Assembly: GCA_964016885.1 (NCBI GenBank) | Contig: OZ024748.1 | Coordinates: 35,960,001-36,024,000 of the forward strand | DNA: 64,000 nt | Origin: Eledone cirrhosa | Taxonomy: Eukaryota | Direction of reading: 5' to 3' | In this document: piece by piece, positions 39,101-54,100 of the stretch | Layout: each line of letters starts with the position of its first letter | Numbering within the stretch: the stretch's first letter is position 1 | The notes under the pieces: model-generated | The model's database searches: none | What the model was told of the DNA's origin: nothing | The model's input: only the letters and a program-made list of their open reading frames with translations | Position numbers and translations under genes: made by a program

Positions 39101-42100
39101 AAGTTAGTTACTAATACATTATAATATAAAGGAGTACTAAAGCTAGTTACTAATACATTATACTATAAAGGAGTAATAAAGTTAGTTACTGATACATTAC
39201 ACTATAAATGAGTACTAAATTTAGTTACTAATACATTATACTATAAAGGAGTAATAAGGTTAGTTACTAATACATGACACTATAAAAGAGTACTAAAGTT
39301 AGTTACTAATACATTACACTATAAAGAAGTATTAAAGTTAGTTAGTAATACATTACACTATAAAGGAGTACAAAAGATGTTACTAATACATGACACTATA
39401 AAGGAGTTCTTAAGTTAGTTACTAATACATTATACTATAAAGGAGTAGAGTTAGTTACTAATACATTATACTATAAAGGAGTACTTAAGTTAGTTACTAA
39501 TACATTAAACTATAAAAAAGTAAAGTTAGTTACTAATACATTACACTATAAAGGAGTACTAAAGTCAGTTACTAATACATTATACTATAAAGGAGTACTA
39601 AAGTTAGTTACTAATACATTATACTATAAAGGAGTACTAAGGTTAGTTACTAATACATGACACTATAAAAGAGTACTAAAGTTAGTTACTAATACATTAC
39701 ACTATAAAGAAGAATTAAAGTTAGTTAGAAATACATTACACTATAAAGGAGTACAAAAGTTAGTTACTAATACATGACACTATAAAGGAGTACTTAAGTT
39801 AGTTACTAATACATTATACTATAAAGGAGTAATAAAGTTAGTTACTAATGCATTACACTATATAGGAATACTAAAGTTAGTTACTAATACATTACACTAT
39901 AAAGGAGTACTAAAGTTAGTTACTAATACATTAGTACAAAGTTTGTTACACTATAAAGTTAGTTACACTATAAAGTACTAAAGTTAGTTACACTATAAAG
40001 TAGTATTAAACTTAGTTACTAATACATTATACTATAAAGGAGTACTAAAGTTAGTTACTAATACATTATACTATAAAGGAGGAAAGTTAGTTACTAATAC
40101 ATGACACTATAAAGGAGTACTTAAGTTAGTTACTAATACATTATACTATAAAGGAGTACTAAGTTAGTTACAAATACATTGCACTATAAAGGAGTACTTA
40201 AGTTAGTTACTAATACATTACACTATAAATGAGTACTAAAGTGAGTTACTAATACATTATACTATAAAGGAGTAAAGTTAGTTAATAATATATTACACTA
40301 TAAAGTAGTATTAAAGTTATTTACTAATACATTATACTATAAAGGAGTAATAAAGTTAGTTACTAATACATTATACTATAAAGGAGTAAAGTTAGTTGCT
40401 AATACATTACACTATAATGTAGTATTAAAGTTAGTTAGTAATACATTATACACTAAAGGAGTACTAAAGTTGGTTACTAATACATTATAAAGGAGTAAAT
40501 TTAGTTACTAATACATAATTCTATAAAGGAGTAAAGTTAGTTAATAATACATTACACTATAAAGGAGTAATAATGTTACTTAATAATACATTACACTATA
40601 AAGGAGTACTAAAGTTAGTTACTAATACATTATAATATAAAGGAGTACTAAAGCTAGTTACTAATACATTATACTATAAAGGTGTAATAAAGTTAGTTAC
40701 TGATACATTACACGATAAATGAGTACTAAATTTAGTTACTAATACATTATACTATAAAGGAGTAATAAGGTTAGTTACTAATACATTACACTATAATGGA
40801 GTACTAAAGTTAGTTACTGATACATTATACTATAAAGGAGTACTAAAGTTAGTTACTAATACATTATACTATAAAGGAGTACTAAAGTTAGTTACTATTA
40901 CATTATACTATAAAGGAGTACTAAAGTTAGTTACTAATACATTACACAATAAAGGAGTACTAAAGTTATTTACTGATATATTACACAATAAAGGAGTTCT
41001 AAAGTTAGTTACTAATACATTATACTATAAAGGAGTACTAAAGTTAGTTACTAATACATTATACTATAAAGGAGTACTAAAGTTAGTTACTAATATTATT
41101 ATACTATAAAGGAGTACTAAAGTGAGTTACTGATACATTATACTATAAAGGAGTACTAAAGTTAGTTACTAATACATTATACTATAAAAAAGTACTGAAG
41201 TTAGTTACTAATACATTATACTATAAAGGAGTAATAAGGTTAGTTACTAATACATTACACTATAATGGAGTACTAAAGTTAGTTACTGATACATTATACT
41301 ATAAAGGAGTACTAAAGTTAGTTACTAATACATTATACTATAAAGGAGTACTAAAGTTAGTTACTATTACATTATACTATAAAGGAGTACTAAAGTTAGT
41401 TACTAATACATTACACAATAAAGGAGTACTAAAGTTATTTACTGATATATTACACAATAAAGGAGTTCTAAAGTTAGTTACTAATACATTATACTATAAA
41501 GGAGTACTAAAGTTAGTTACTAATATTATTATACTATAAAGGAGTACTAAAGTGAGTTACTGATACATTATACTATAAAGGAGTACTAAAGTTAGTTACT
41601 AATACATTATACTATAAAAAAGTACTGAAGTTAGTTACTAATACATTATACTATAAAGGAGTAAAGTTAGTTACTAATACATTACACTCTAAAGGAGTAA
41701 AGTTAGTTACTAATACATTACACTATAAAATTATTAAAGTTAGTTACTAATACATTACACTATAAAGGAGTACTTAAGTTTGTTACTAATACATTAAACT
41801 ATAAAAAAATAAAGTTAGTTACTAATACATTACACTATAAAGGAGTACTAAAGTTAGTTACTATTATTATTATACTATAAAGGAGTACTAAAGTCAGTTA
41901 CTAATATATTATACTATAAAGGAGTATTAAAGTTAGTTACTAATACATTATACTATAAAGGAGTACTAAGGTTAGTTACTAATACATGACACTATAAAAG
42001 AGTACTAAAGTTAGTTACTAATACATTACACTATAAAGAAGAATTAAAGTCAGTTAGAAATACATTACACTATAAAGGAGTACAAAAGTTAGTTACTAAT

Positions 42101-45100
42101 ACATGACACTATAAAGGAGTACTTAAGTTAGTTACTAATACATTATATTATAAAGGAGTAATAAAGTTAGTTACTGATACATTACACTATATAGGAATAC
42201 TAAAGTTAGTTTCTAATACATTAGTACTAAAGTTTGTTACACTATAAAGTTAGTTACACTATAAAGTACTAAAGTTAGTTACACTATAAAGGAGTATTAA
42301 AGTTAGTTACTAATACATTATACTATAAAGGAGTACTAAAGTTAGTTACTAATACATTATACTATAAAGGAGTAAAGTTAGTTACTAATACATGACACTA
42401 TAAAGGAGTACTTAAGTTAGTTACTAATACATTATACTATAAAGGAGTACTAAAGTTAGTTACTGATACATTACACAATAAAGGAGTACTAGGTTAGTTA
42501 CTAATACATTATACTATAAAGGAGTACTAGAGTTAGTTACTGACACATTACACTATAAAGGAGTACTTAAGTTAGTTACTAATACATTACACTATAAAGG
42601 AGTACTAAAGTGAGTTACTAATACATTATACTATAAAGGAGTAAAGTCAGTTACTAATACATTACACTATAAAGTAGTATTAAAGTTAGTTACTAATACA
42701 TTATACTACAAAGGAGTAATAAAGTTAGTTACTGATACATTATACTATAAAGGAGTAAAGTTAGTTACTAATACATTACACTATAAGGTAGTATTAAAGT
42801 TAGTTAGTAATACATTATACACTAAAGGAGTACTAAAGTTGGTTACTAATACATTATAAAGGAGTAAAGTTAGTTACTAATACATAATTCTATAAAGGAG
42901 TAAAGTTAGTTAATAATACATTACACTATAAAGGAGTACTAAAGTTAGTTACTAATACATTATAATATAAAGGAGTACTAAAGCTAGTTACTTATACATT
43001 ATACTATAAAGCAGTAATAAAGTTAGTTACTTATACATTACACTATAAAGGAGTACTAAAGTTAGTTACTAATACATTATACTATAAAGGAGTAATAAGG
43101 TTAGTTACTAATACATTACACTATAATGGAGTACTAAAGTTAGTTACTGATACATTATACTACAAAGGAGTACTAAAGTTAGTTACTAATACATTATACT
43201 ATAAGGTAGTATTAAAGTTAGTTAGTAATACATTATACTCTAAAGGAGTACTAAAGTTGGTTACTAATACATTATAAAGGAGTAAAGTTACTTACTAATA
43301 CATTACACTATATAGGAATACTAAAGTTAGTTATTAATACATTACACTATATAGGAGTACTAAACTTAGTTACTAATACATTACAGTATAAAGGAGTATT
43401 CAAGTTTGTTACTAATACATTATACTATAAAGGAGTAATAAAGTTAGTTACTAATACATTACACTACAAAGGAGTACTAAAGTTAGTTACTAATACATAA
43501 TTCTATAAAGGAGTAAAGTTAGTTACTAATACATTACACTATAAAGGAGTAATAATGTTACTTAATAATACATTACACTATAAAGGAGTACTAAAGTTAG
43601 TTACTAATACATTATAATATAAAGGAGTACTAAAGCTAGTTACTAATACATTATACTATAAAGCAGTAATAAAGTTAGTTACTTATACAGTACACTATAA
43701 AGGAGTACTAAAGTTAGTTACTAATACATTATACTATAAAGGAGTACTAAAGTTAGTTACTAATACATTATAATATAAAGGAGTACTAAAGTTAGTTACT
43801 AATACATTACACAATAAAGGAGTACTAAAGTTAGTTACCAATACATTATACTATAAAGGAGTAAAGTTAGTTACTAATACATTATACTATAAAGGAGTAC
43901 TAAAGTTAGTTACTAATACATTATACTATAAAGGAGTACTAAAGTTAGTTACTAATACATTATACTATAAAGGAGTACTAAAGTTAGTTACTGATACATT
44001 ATACTACAAAGCAGTACTAAAGTTAGTTACTAATACATTATACTATAAGGTAGTATTAAAGTTAGTTAGTAATACATTATACTCTAAAGGAGTACTAAAG
44101 TTGGTTACCAATACATTATAAAGGAGTAAAGTTACTTACTAATACATTACACTTTGTAGGAATACTAAAGGTAGTTATTAATACATTACACTATAAAGGA
44201 GTACTAAACTTAGTTACTAATACATTACAGTATAAAGGAGTGTTCAAGTTAGTTACTAATACATTATACTATAAAGGAGTAATAAAGTTAGTTACTAATA
44301 CGTAATTCTATAAAGGAGTAAAGTTAGTTACTAATACATTACACTATAAAGGAGTAATAATGTTATTTAATAATACATTACACTATAAAGGAGTACTAAA
44401 GTTAGTTACTAATACATTATAATATAAAGGAGTACTAAAGCTAGTTACTAATACATTATACTATAAAGCAGTAATAAAGTTAGTTACTTATACATTACAC
44501 TATAAAGGAGTACTAAAGTTAGTTACTAATACATTATACTATAAAGGAGTAATAAGGTTAGTTACTAATACATTACACTATAATGGAGTACTAAAGTTAG
44601 TTACTGATACATTATACTATTAAGGAGTACTAAAGTTTGTAACTAATACATTATTCTATAAAGGAGTAATAAAGTTAGTTACTAATACATTACACTATAA
44701 AGGAGTACTAAAGTTAGTTACTAATACATTATACTATAAAGGAGTACTAAAGTTAGTTACTGATACATTATACTACAAAGCAGTACTAAAGTTAGTTACT
44801 AATACATTATACTATTAGGTAGTATTAAAGTTAGTTAGTAATACATTATACTCTAAAGGATTACTAAAGTTGGTTACCAATACATTATAAAGGAGTAAAG
44901 TTACTTACTAATTCATTACTCTATATAGGAATACTAAAGTTAGTTATTAATACATTACACTATAAAGGAGTACTAAACTTAGTTACTAATGCATTACAGT
45001 ATAAAGGAGTATTCAAGTTAGTTACTAATACATTATACTATAAAGGAGTAATAAAGTTAGTTACTAATACATTACACTACAAAGGAGTACTAAAGTTAGT

Positions 45101-48100
45101 TACTAATACATAATTCTATAAAGGAGTAAAGTTAGTTACTAATACATTACACTATAAAGGAGTAATAATGTTACTTAATAATACATTACACTATAAAGGT
45201 GCACTAAACTTAGTTACTAATACATTATAATATAAAGGAGTACTAAAGCTAGTTACTAATACATTACACTATAAAGCAGTAATAAAGTTAGTTACTTATA
45301 CATTACACTATAAAGGAGTACTAAAGTTAGTTACTAATACATTATACAATAAAGGAGTAATAAGATTAGTTACTAATCCATTACACTATAAAGGAGTACT
45401 AAAGTTAGTTACTGATACATTATACTATAAAGGAGTAAAGTTCGTTACTAATACATTACAATATATAGGAATACTAATGTTAGTTACTAATACATTACAC
45501 TATAAAGGAGTACTAAACTTAGTTACTAATACATTACAGTATAAAGGAGAATTAAAGTTAGTTACTAATACATTATACTATAAAGGATTAATAAAGTTAG
45601 TTACTAATACATTACACTACAAAGGAGTACTAAAGTTAGTTACTAATACATTATACTATAAAGGAGTAATAAAGTTACTTACTAATACATGACACTATAA
45701 AGGAATACTAAAGTTAGTTACTGATACATTAAACTATAAAGGAGTACTAAAGGTTGTTACTGATACATTACACAATAAAGGAGTACTAAGTTAGTTACTA
45801 ATACATTATACTATAAAGGAGTACTAGAGTTAGTTAATGATACATTAAACTATAAAGGAGTACTTAAGTTAGTTACTAAAACATTACACTATAAAGGAGT
45901 ACTAAGGTGAGTTACTAATACATTATACTATAGAGGAGTAAAGTTAGTTACTAATACATTACACTATAAAGTAGTATTAAAGTTAGTTAGTAATACATTA
46001 TACTCTAAAGGAGTACTAAAGTTGTTTACCAATACATTATAAAGGAGTAAAGTTACTTACTAATACATTACACTATATAGGAATACTAAAGTTAGTTATT
46101 AATACATTACACTATAAAGGAGTACTAAACTTAGTTACTAATACATTACAGTATGAAGGAGTATTCAAGTTAGTTACTAATACATTATACTATAAAGGAG
46201 TAATAAAGTTAGTTACTAATACATTACACTACAAAGGAGTACTAAAGTTAGTTACTAATACATAATTCTATAAAGGAGTAAAGTTAGTTAATAATACATT
46301 ACACTATAAAGGAGTAATAATGTTACGTAATAATACATTACACTATAAAGGAGTACTAAAGTTAGTTACTAATACATTATAATATAAAGGAGTACTAAAG
46401 CTAGTTACTAATACATTATACTATAAAGCAGTAATAAAGTTAGTTACTTATACATTAAACTATAAAGGAGTACTAAAGTTAGTTACTAATACATTATACT
46501 CTAAAGGAGTAATAAGGTTAGTTACTAATACATTACACTATAATGGAGTACTAAAGTTAGTTATTGATACATTATACTATAAAGGAGTACTAAAGTTAGT
46601 AACTAATACATTATTCTATAAAGGAGTAATAAATTTAGTTACTAATACATTACACTATAAAGGATTACTAAAGTTAGATACTGATACATTATACTATAAA
46701 GGAGTAAAGTTCGTTACTAATACATTACACTATATAGGAATACTAAAGTTAGTTACTAATACATTACACTATAAAGGAGTACTAAACTTAGTTACTAATA
46801 CATTACAGTATAAAGGAGTATTAAAGTTACTTACTAATACATTATACTATAAAGGAGTAATAAAGTTAGTTACTAATACATTACACTACAAAGGAATACT
46901 AAAGTTAGTTACTGATACATTAAACTATAAAGGAGTACTAAAGTTAGTTACTCATACATTACATAATAAAGGAGTACTAAGTTAGTTACTAATACATTAT
47001 ACTATAAAGGAGTACTAGAGTTAGTTAATGAAATATTACACTATAAACGGGTACTTAAGTTAGTTACTAATACATTACAATATAAAGGAGTAATAAGGTT
47101 AGTGACTAATACATTACACTATAATGGAGTACTAAAGTTAGTTACTGATACATTATACTATAAAGGTGTACTAAAGTTAGTTACTAATACATTATACTAT
47201 AAAGGAGTAATAAAGTTAGTTACTAATACATTATACTATAAAGGAGTACTAAAGTTAGTTACTAATACATTACACAATAAAGGAGTACTAGAGTTAGTTA
47301 CTAATACATTATACTATAAAGGTGTACTAAAGTTAGTGTCTAATACATTACCAAATAAAGGAGTACTAAAGTTAGTTACTAATACATTATACTATAAAGG
47401 AGTATAGTTAGTTACTTATATATTATACTATAAAGGAGTACTAAAGTTAGTTACTAATACATTACACTATAAAGCAGTCATAAAGTTAGTTACTAATACA
47501 TTACACTACAAAGGAGTACTAAAGTTAGTTACTAATACATTATACTATAAAGGAGTAATAAAGTTAGTTACTAATACATGACACTATAAAGGAATACTAA
47601 AGTTAGTTACTGATACATTAAACTATAAAGGATTACTAAAGTTAGTTACTCATACATTACATAATAAAGGAGTACTAAGTTAGTTACTACTACATTATAC
47701 TATATGGGAGTACTAGAGTTAGTTAATGAAATATTACACTATAAAGGAGTACTTAAGTTAGTTACTAATACATTACACTATAAAGGAGTACTAAGGTGAG
47801 TTACTAATACATTATACTATAAAGGAGTAAAGTTAGTTACTAATACATTACACTATAAAGTAGTATTAAAGTTAGTTACTAATACATTATACTATAAAGG
47901 AGTAAAGTTAGTTACTAATACATTACACTATAAGGTAGTATTAAAGTTAGTTAGTCATACATTATACACTAAAGGAGTACTAAAGTTGGTTACTAATACA
48001 TTATAAAGGAGTAATAATGTTACTTAATAATACATTACACTATAAAGGAGTACTAAAGTTAGTTACTAATACATTATAATATAAAGGAGTACTAAAGCTA

Positions 48101-51100
48101 GTTACTAATACATTATACTATAAAGGAGTAATAAAGTTAGTTACTGATACATTACACTATAAATGAGTACTAAATTTAGTTACTAATACATTATACTATA
48201 AAGGAGTAATAAGGTTAGTTACTAATACATGACACTATAAAAGAGTACTAAGGTTAGTTACTAATACATTACACTATAAAGAAGTATTAAAGTTAGTTAG
48301 TAATACATTACACTATAAAGGAGTACAAAAGATGTTACTAATACATGACACTATAAAGGAGTACTTAAGTTAGTTACTAATACATTATACTATAAAGGAG
48401 TAATAAAGTTAGTTACTAATAGATTACACTATATAGGAATACTAAAGTTAGTTACTAATACATTAGTACTAAAATTAGTTACACTATAATGTTAGTTACA
48501 CTATAAAGTACTAAAGTTAGTTACACTATAAAGGAGTATTAAAGTTAGTTACTAATACATTACACTATAAAGGAGTACTAAAGTTAGTTACTAATACATT
48601 ATACTATAAATGAGTACTAAAGTTATTTACTAATAGATTATACTATAAAGGAGTAAAGTTAGTTACTAATACATTACACTCTAAAGGAGTAAAGCTAGTT
48701 ACTAATACATTACACTATAAAAAAGTATTAAAGTTAGTTACTAATACGTTATACTATAAAGGAGTACTTACGTTAGTTACTAATACATTAAACTATAAAA
48801 AAGTAAAGTTAGTTACTAATACATTAACACTATAAAGGAGTACTAAAGTTAGTTACTAATATTATTATACTATAAAGGAGTACTAAAGTCAGTTACTAAT
48901 ACATTATACTATAAAGGAGTAATAAAGTTAGTTACTAATACATGACACTATAAAGGAATACTAAAGATAGTTACTGATACATTAAACTATAAAGGAGTAC
49001 TAAAGTTAGTTACTCATACATTACATAATAAAGGAGGACTAAGTTAGTTACTAATACATTATACTATAAGGGAGTACTAGAGTTAGTTAATGAAATATTA
49101 CACTATAAAGGAGTACTTAAGTTAGTTACTAATACATTACACTATAAAGGAGTACTAAGGTGAGTTACTAATACATTATACTATAAAGGAGTAAAGTTAG
49201 TTACTAATACATTACACTATAAAGTAGTATTAAAGTTAGTTACTAATACATTATACTATAAAGGAGTAAAGTTAGTTACTAATACATTACACTATAAGGT
49301 AGTATTAAAGTTAGTTAGTAATACATTATACACTAAAGGAGTACTAAAGTTGGTTACTAATACATTATAAAGGAGTAAAGTTAGTTACTAATACATAATT
49401 CTATAAAGGAGTAAAGTTAGTTAATAATACATTACACTATAAAGGAGTAATAATGTTACTTAATAATACATTACACTATAAAGGAGTACTAAAGTTAGTT
49501 ACTAATACATTATAATATAAAGGAGTACTAAAGCTAGTTACTAATACATTATACTATAAAGGAGTAATAAAGTTAGTTACTGATATATTACACTATAAAT
49601 GAGTACAAAATTTAGTTACTAATACATTATACTATAAAGGAGTAATAAGGTTAGTTACTAATACATGACACTATAAAAGAGTACTAAAGTTAGTTACTAA
49701 TACATTACACTATAAAGAAGTATTAAAGTTAGTTAGTAATACATTACCCTATAAAGGAGTACAAAAGATGTTACTAATACATGACACTATAAAGGAGTAC
49801 TTAAGTTAGTTACTAATACATTATACTATAAAGGAGTAATAAAGTTAGTTACTAATAGATTACACTACATAGGAATACTAAAGTTAGTTACTAATACATT
49901 TGTACTAAAATTAGTTACACTATAATGTTAGTTACACTATAAAGTACTAAAGTTAGTTACACTATAAAGGAGTATTAAAGTTAGTTACTAATACATTACA
50001 CTATAAAGGAGTACTAAAGTTAGTTACTAATACATTATACTATAAATGAGTACTAAAGTTAGTTACTAATACATTATACTATAAAGGAGTAAAGTTAGTT
50101 ACTAATACATTACACTCTAAAGGAGTAAAGCTAGTTACTAATACATTACACTATAAAAAAGTATTAAAGTTAGTTACTAATACATTATACTATAAAGGAG
50201 TACTTACGTTAGTTACTAATACATTAAACTATAAAAAAGTAAAGTTAGTTACTAATACATTACACTATAAAGGAGTACTAAAGTTAGTTACTAATATTAT
50301 TATACTATAAAGGAGTACTAAAGTCAGTTACTAATACATTATACTATAAAGGAGTACTAAAGTTAGTTAGTAATACATTATACTATATAGGAGTACTAAG
50401 GTTAGTTACTAATACATGACACTATAAAAGAGTACTAAATTTAGTTACTAATACATTACACTATAAATAAGTATTAAAGTTAGTTAGAAATACATTACAC
50501 TATAAAGGAGTACAAAAGTTAGTTACTAATACATGACACTATAAAGGAGTACTTAAGTGAGTTACTAATACATTATACTATAAAGGAGTACTAAAGTTAG
50601 TTACTAATACATTATACTATAAGGAGTAAAGTTAGTTACTAATACATGACACTATAAAGGAGTACTTAAGTAAGTTACTAATACATTATACTATAAAGGA
50701 GTACTAAAGTTAGTTACTGATACATTACACAATAAATGAGTACTAGGTTAGTTACTAATACATTATACTATAAAGGAGTACTAGAGTTAGTTACTGATAC
50801 ATTACACTATAAAGGAGTACTTAAGTTAGTTACTAATACATTACAGTATAACGGAGTACTAAAGCTAGTTACTAATACATTATACTATAAAGGAGTAAAG
50901 TTAGTTACTAATACATTACACTATAAAGAAGTATTAAAGTTAGTTACTAATACATTATACTATAAAGGAGTAAAGTTAGTTACTAATACATTACACTATA
51001 AGGTAGTATTAAAGTTAGTTAGTAATACATTATACACTAAAGGAGTACTAAAGTTGGTTACTAATACATTATAAAGGAGTAAATTTAGTTACTAATACAT

Positions 51101-54100
51101 AATTCTGTAAAGGAGTAAAGTTAGTTACTAATACATTATAATATAAAGGAGTACTGAAGCTAGTTACTAATACATTATACTATAAAGGAGTAAAGTTAGT
51201 TACTAATATATTACACTATAAAGGAATATTAAAGTTAGTTACTAATACATTATACAATAAAGGAGTACTAAAGTTAGTTACTAATACATTATACTATAAA
51301 GGATTACTAAGGTTAGTTACTAATACATGACACTATAAAAGAGTACTAAAGTTAGTTACTAATACATTACACTATAAAGAAGTATTAAAGTTATCTAGTA
51401 ATACATTACACTATAAAGGAGTACAAAAGATGTTACTAATACATGACACTATAAAGGAGTACTTAAGTTAGTTACTAATACATTATACTATAAAGGAGTA
51501 ATAAAGTTAGTTACTAATATATTACACTATATAGGAATACTAAAGTTAGTTACTAATACATTAGTACTAAAATTAGTTACACTATAATGTTAGTTACACT
51601 ATAAAGTACTAAAGTTAGTTACACTATAAAGGAGTATTAAAGTTAGTTAGTAATACATTACACTATAAAGCAGTACTAAAGTTAGTTACTAATACATTAT
51701 ACTATAAAGGAGTAAAGTTAGTTACTAATACATGACACTATAAAGGAGTACTAAAGTTAGTTACTGATACATTACACAATAAAGGAGTACTTAAGTTAGT
51801 TACTAATACATTATACTATAAAGGAGTACTAAAGTTAGTTACTGATACATTATACTATAAAGGATTACTAAAGTTAGTTACTAATACATTATACTATAAA
51901 GGAGTAAAGTTAGTTACTAATACATTACACTATAAGGTAGTATTAAAGTTAGTTAGTAATACATTATACTCTAAAGGAGTACTAAAGTTGGTTACTAATA
52001 CATCATAAAGGAGTAAAGTTAGTTACTAATACATAATTCTATAAAGGAGTAAATTTTGTTACTAATACATTACACTATAAAGGAGTAATAATGTTACTTA
52101 ATAATACATTACACTATAAAGGAGTACTAAACTTAGTTACTAATACATTACACTATAAAGGAGTAAAGTTAGTTACTAATACATTATACTATATAGGAAT
52201 ACTAAACTTAGTTACTAATACATTACACTATAAAGGAGTACTAAACTTAGTTACTAATACATTACAGTATAAAGGAGTATTAAAGTTAGTTACTAATACA
52301 TTATACTATAAAGGAGTAATAAAGTTAGTTTCTAATACATTACACTACAAAGGAGTACTAAAGTTAGTTACTGATACATTATACTATAAAGGAGTACTAG
52401 AGTTAGTTACTAATACATTATACTATAAAGGAGAGATAATGTTAGTTAATAATACATTACACTCTAAAGGAGTACTAAAGTTAGTTACTAATACATTATA
52501 CTATAAAGGAGTAATAAGGTTAGTTACTAATACATTGCACTATAATGGAGTACTAAAGTTAGTTACTGATACATTATACTATAAAGGAATACTAAAATGA
52601 GTTACTAATACATTATACTATAAATCAGTAAAGTTAGTTACTAATACATTGCACTATAAAGGAGTACTAAAGTTAGTTACTAATACATTATAATATAAAG
52701 GAGTACTAAAGCTAGTTACTAATACATTATACTATAAAGGAGTAATAAAGTTAGTTACTGATACATTACACAATAAACGAGTACTAAATTTAGTTACTAA
52801 TACATTATACTATAAAGGAGTGATAAGGTTAGTTACTAATACATTACACTATAATGGAGTACTAAAGTTAGTTACTGATACATTATACTATAAAGGTGTA
52901 CTAAAGTTAGTTACTAATACATTATACTATAAAGGAGTAATAAAGTTAGTTTCTAATACATTACACTACAAAGGAGTTACAAAGTTAGTTACTAATACAT
53001 TATACTATAAACGAGTACTAGAGTTAGTTACTAATACATTATACTATAAAGGAGAGATAATGTTAGTTAATAATACATTACACTCTAAAGGAGTACTAAA
53101 GTTAGTTACTAATACATTACACTATAAAGGAATACTAAAGTCAGTTACAAATACATTGCACTATAATGGAGTACCAAAGTTAGTTACTAATACATTATAC
53201 TATAAAGGAGTACTAAAGTTAGTTACTAATACATTATACTATAAAGGAGTACTAAAGTTAGTTAATGATACATGATACTATAAAGGAATACTAAAATGAG
53301 TTACTAATACATTATACTATAAAGGAGTAAAATTAGTTACTAATACATTACATTATAAAGGAATATTAAAGTTAGTTACTAATACATTATACTATAAAGG
53401 AGTACTAAAGTTAATTACTGATACATTACCCAATAAAGTAGTACTAAAGTTAGTTACTAATACATTATACTATAAAGGAGTATTGAAGTTAGTTACTAAT
53501 ACATTATACTATAAAGGAGTAAAGTTAGTTACTAATACATTACACTGTAAAGGTGTATTAAAGTTAGTTAGTAATACATTATACTCTAAAGGAGTACTAA
53601 AGTTGGTTACTAATATATTATAAACGAGTAAAGTTAGTTACTAATACATTATACTATAAAGAAGTAAAGTTAGTTACTAATACATTATACTAAAGTGAGT
53701 TACTAATACATTATACTATAGAGGAGTAAAGTTAGTTACTAATGCATTACACTATAAAGGAGTACTAAAGTTAGTTACTAATACATTAGTACTAAAGTTA
53801 GTTACACTATAAAGTTAGTTACACTATAAAGTACTAAAGTTAGTTACATTATAAAGGAGTATTAAAGTTAGTTACTAATACATTATACTATAAAGGAGTA
53901 CTAAATTTAGTTACTAATACATTATACTATAAAGGAGTAAAGTTAGTTACAAATACATGACACTATAAAGGAGTACTTAAGTCAGTTACTAATACATTAT
54001 ACTATAAAGGAGTACTAAAGTTAAATACTGATACATTACACAATAAAGGAGTACTAAAGTTACTAATACATTATACTATAAAGGAGTACTAGAGTTAGTT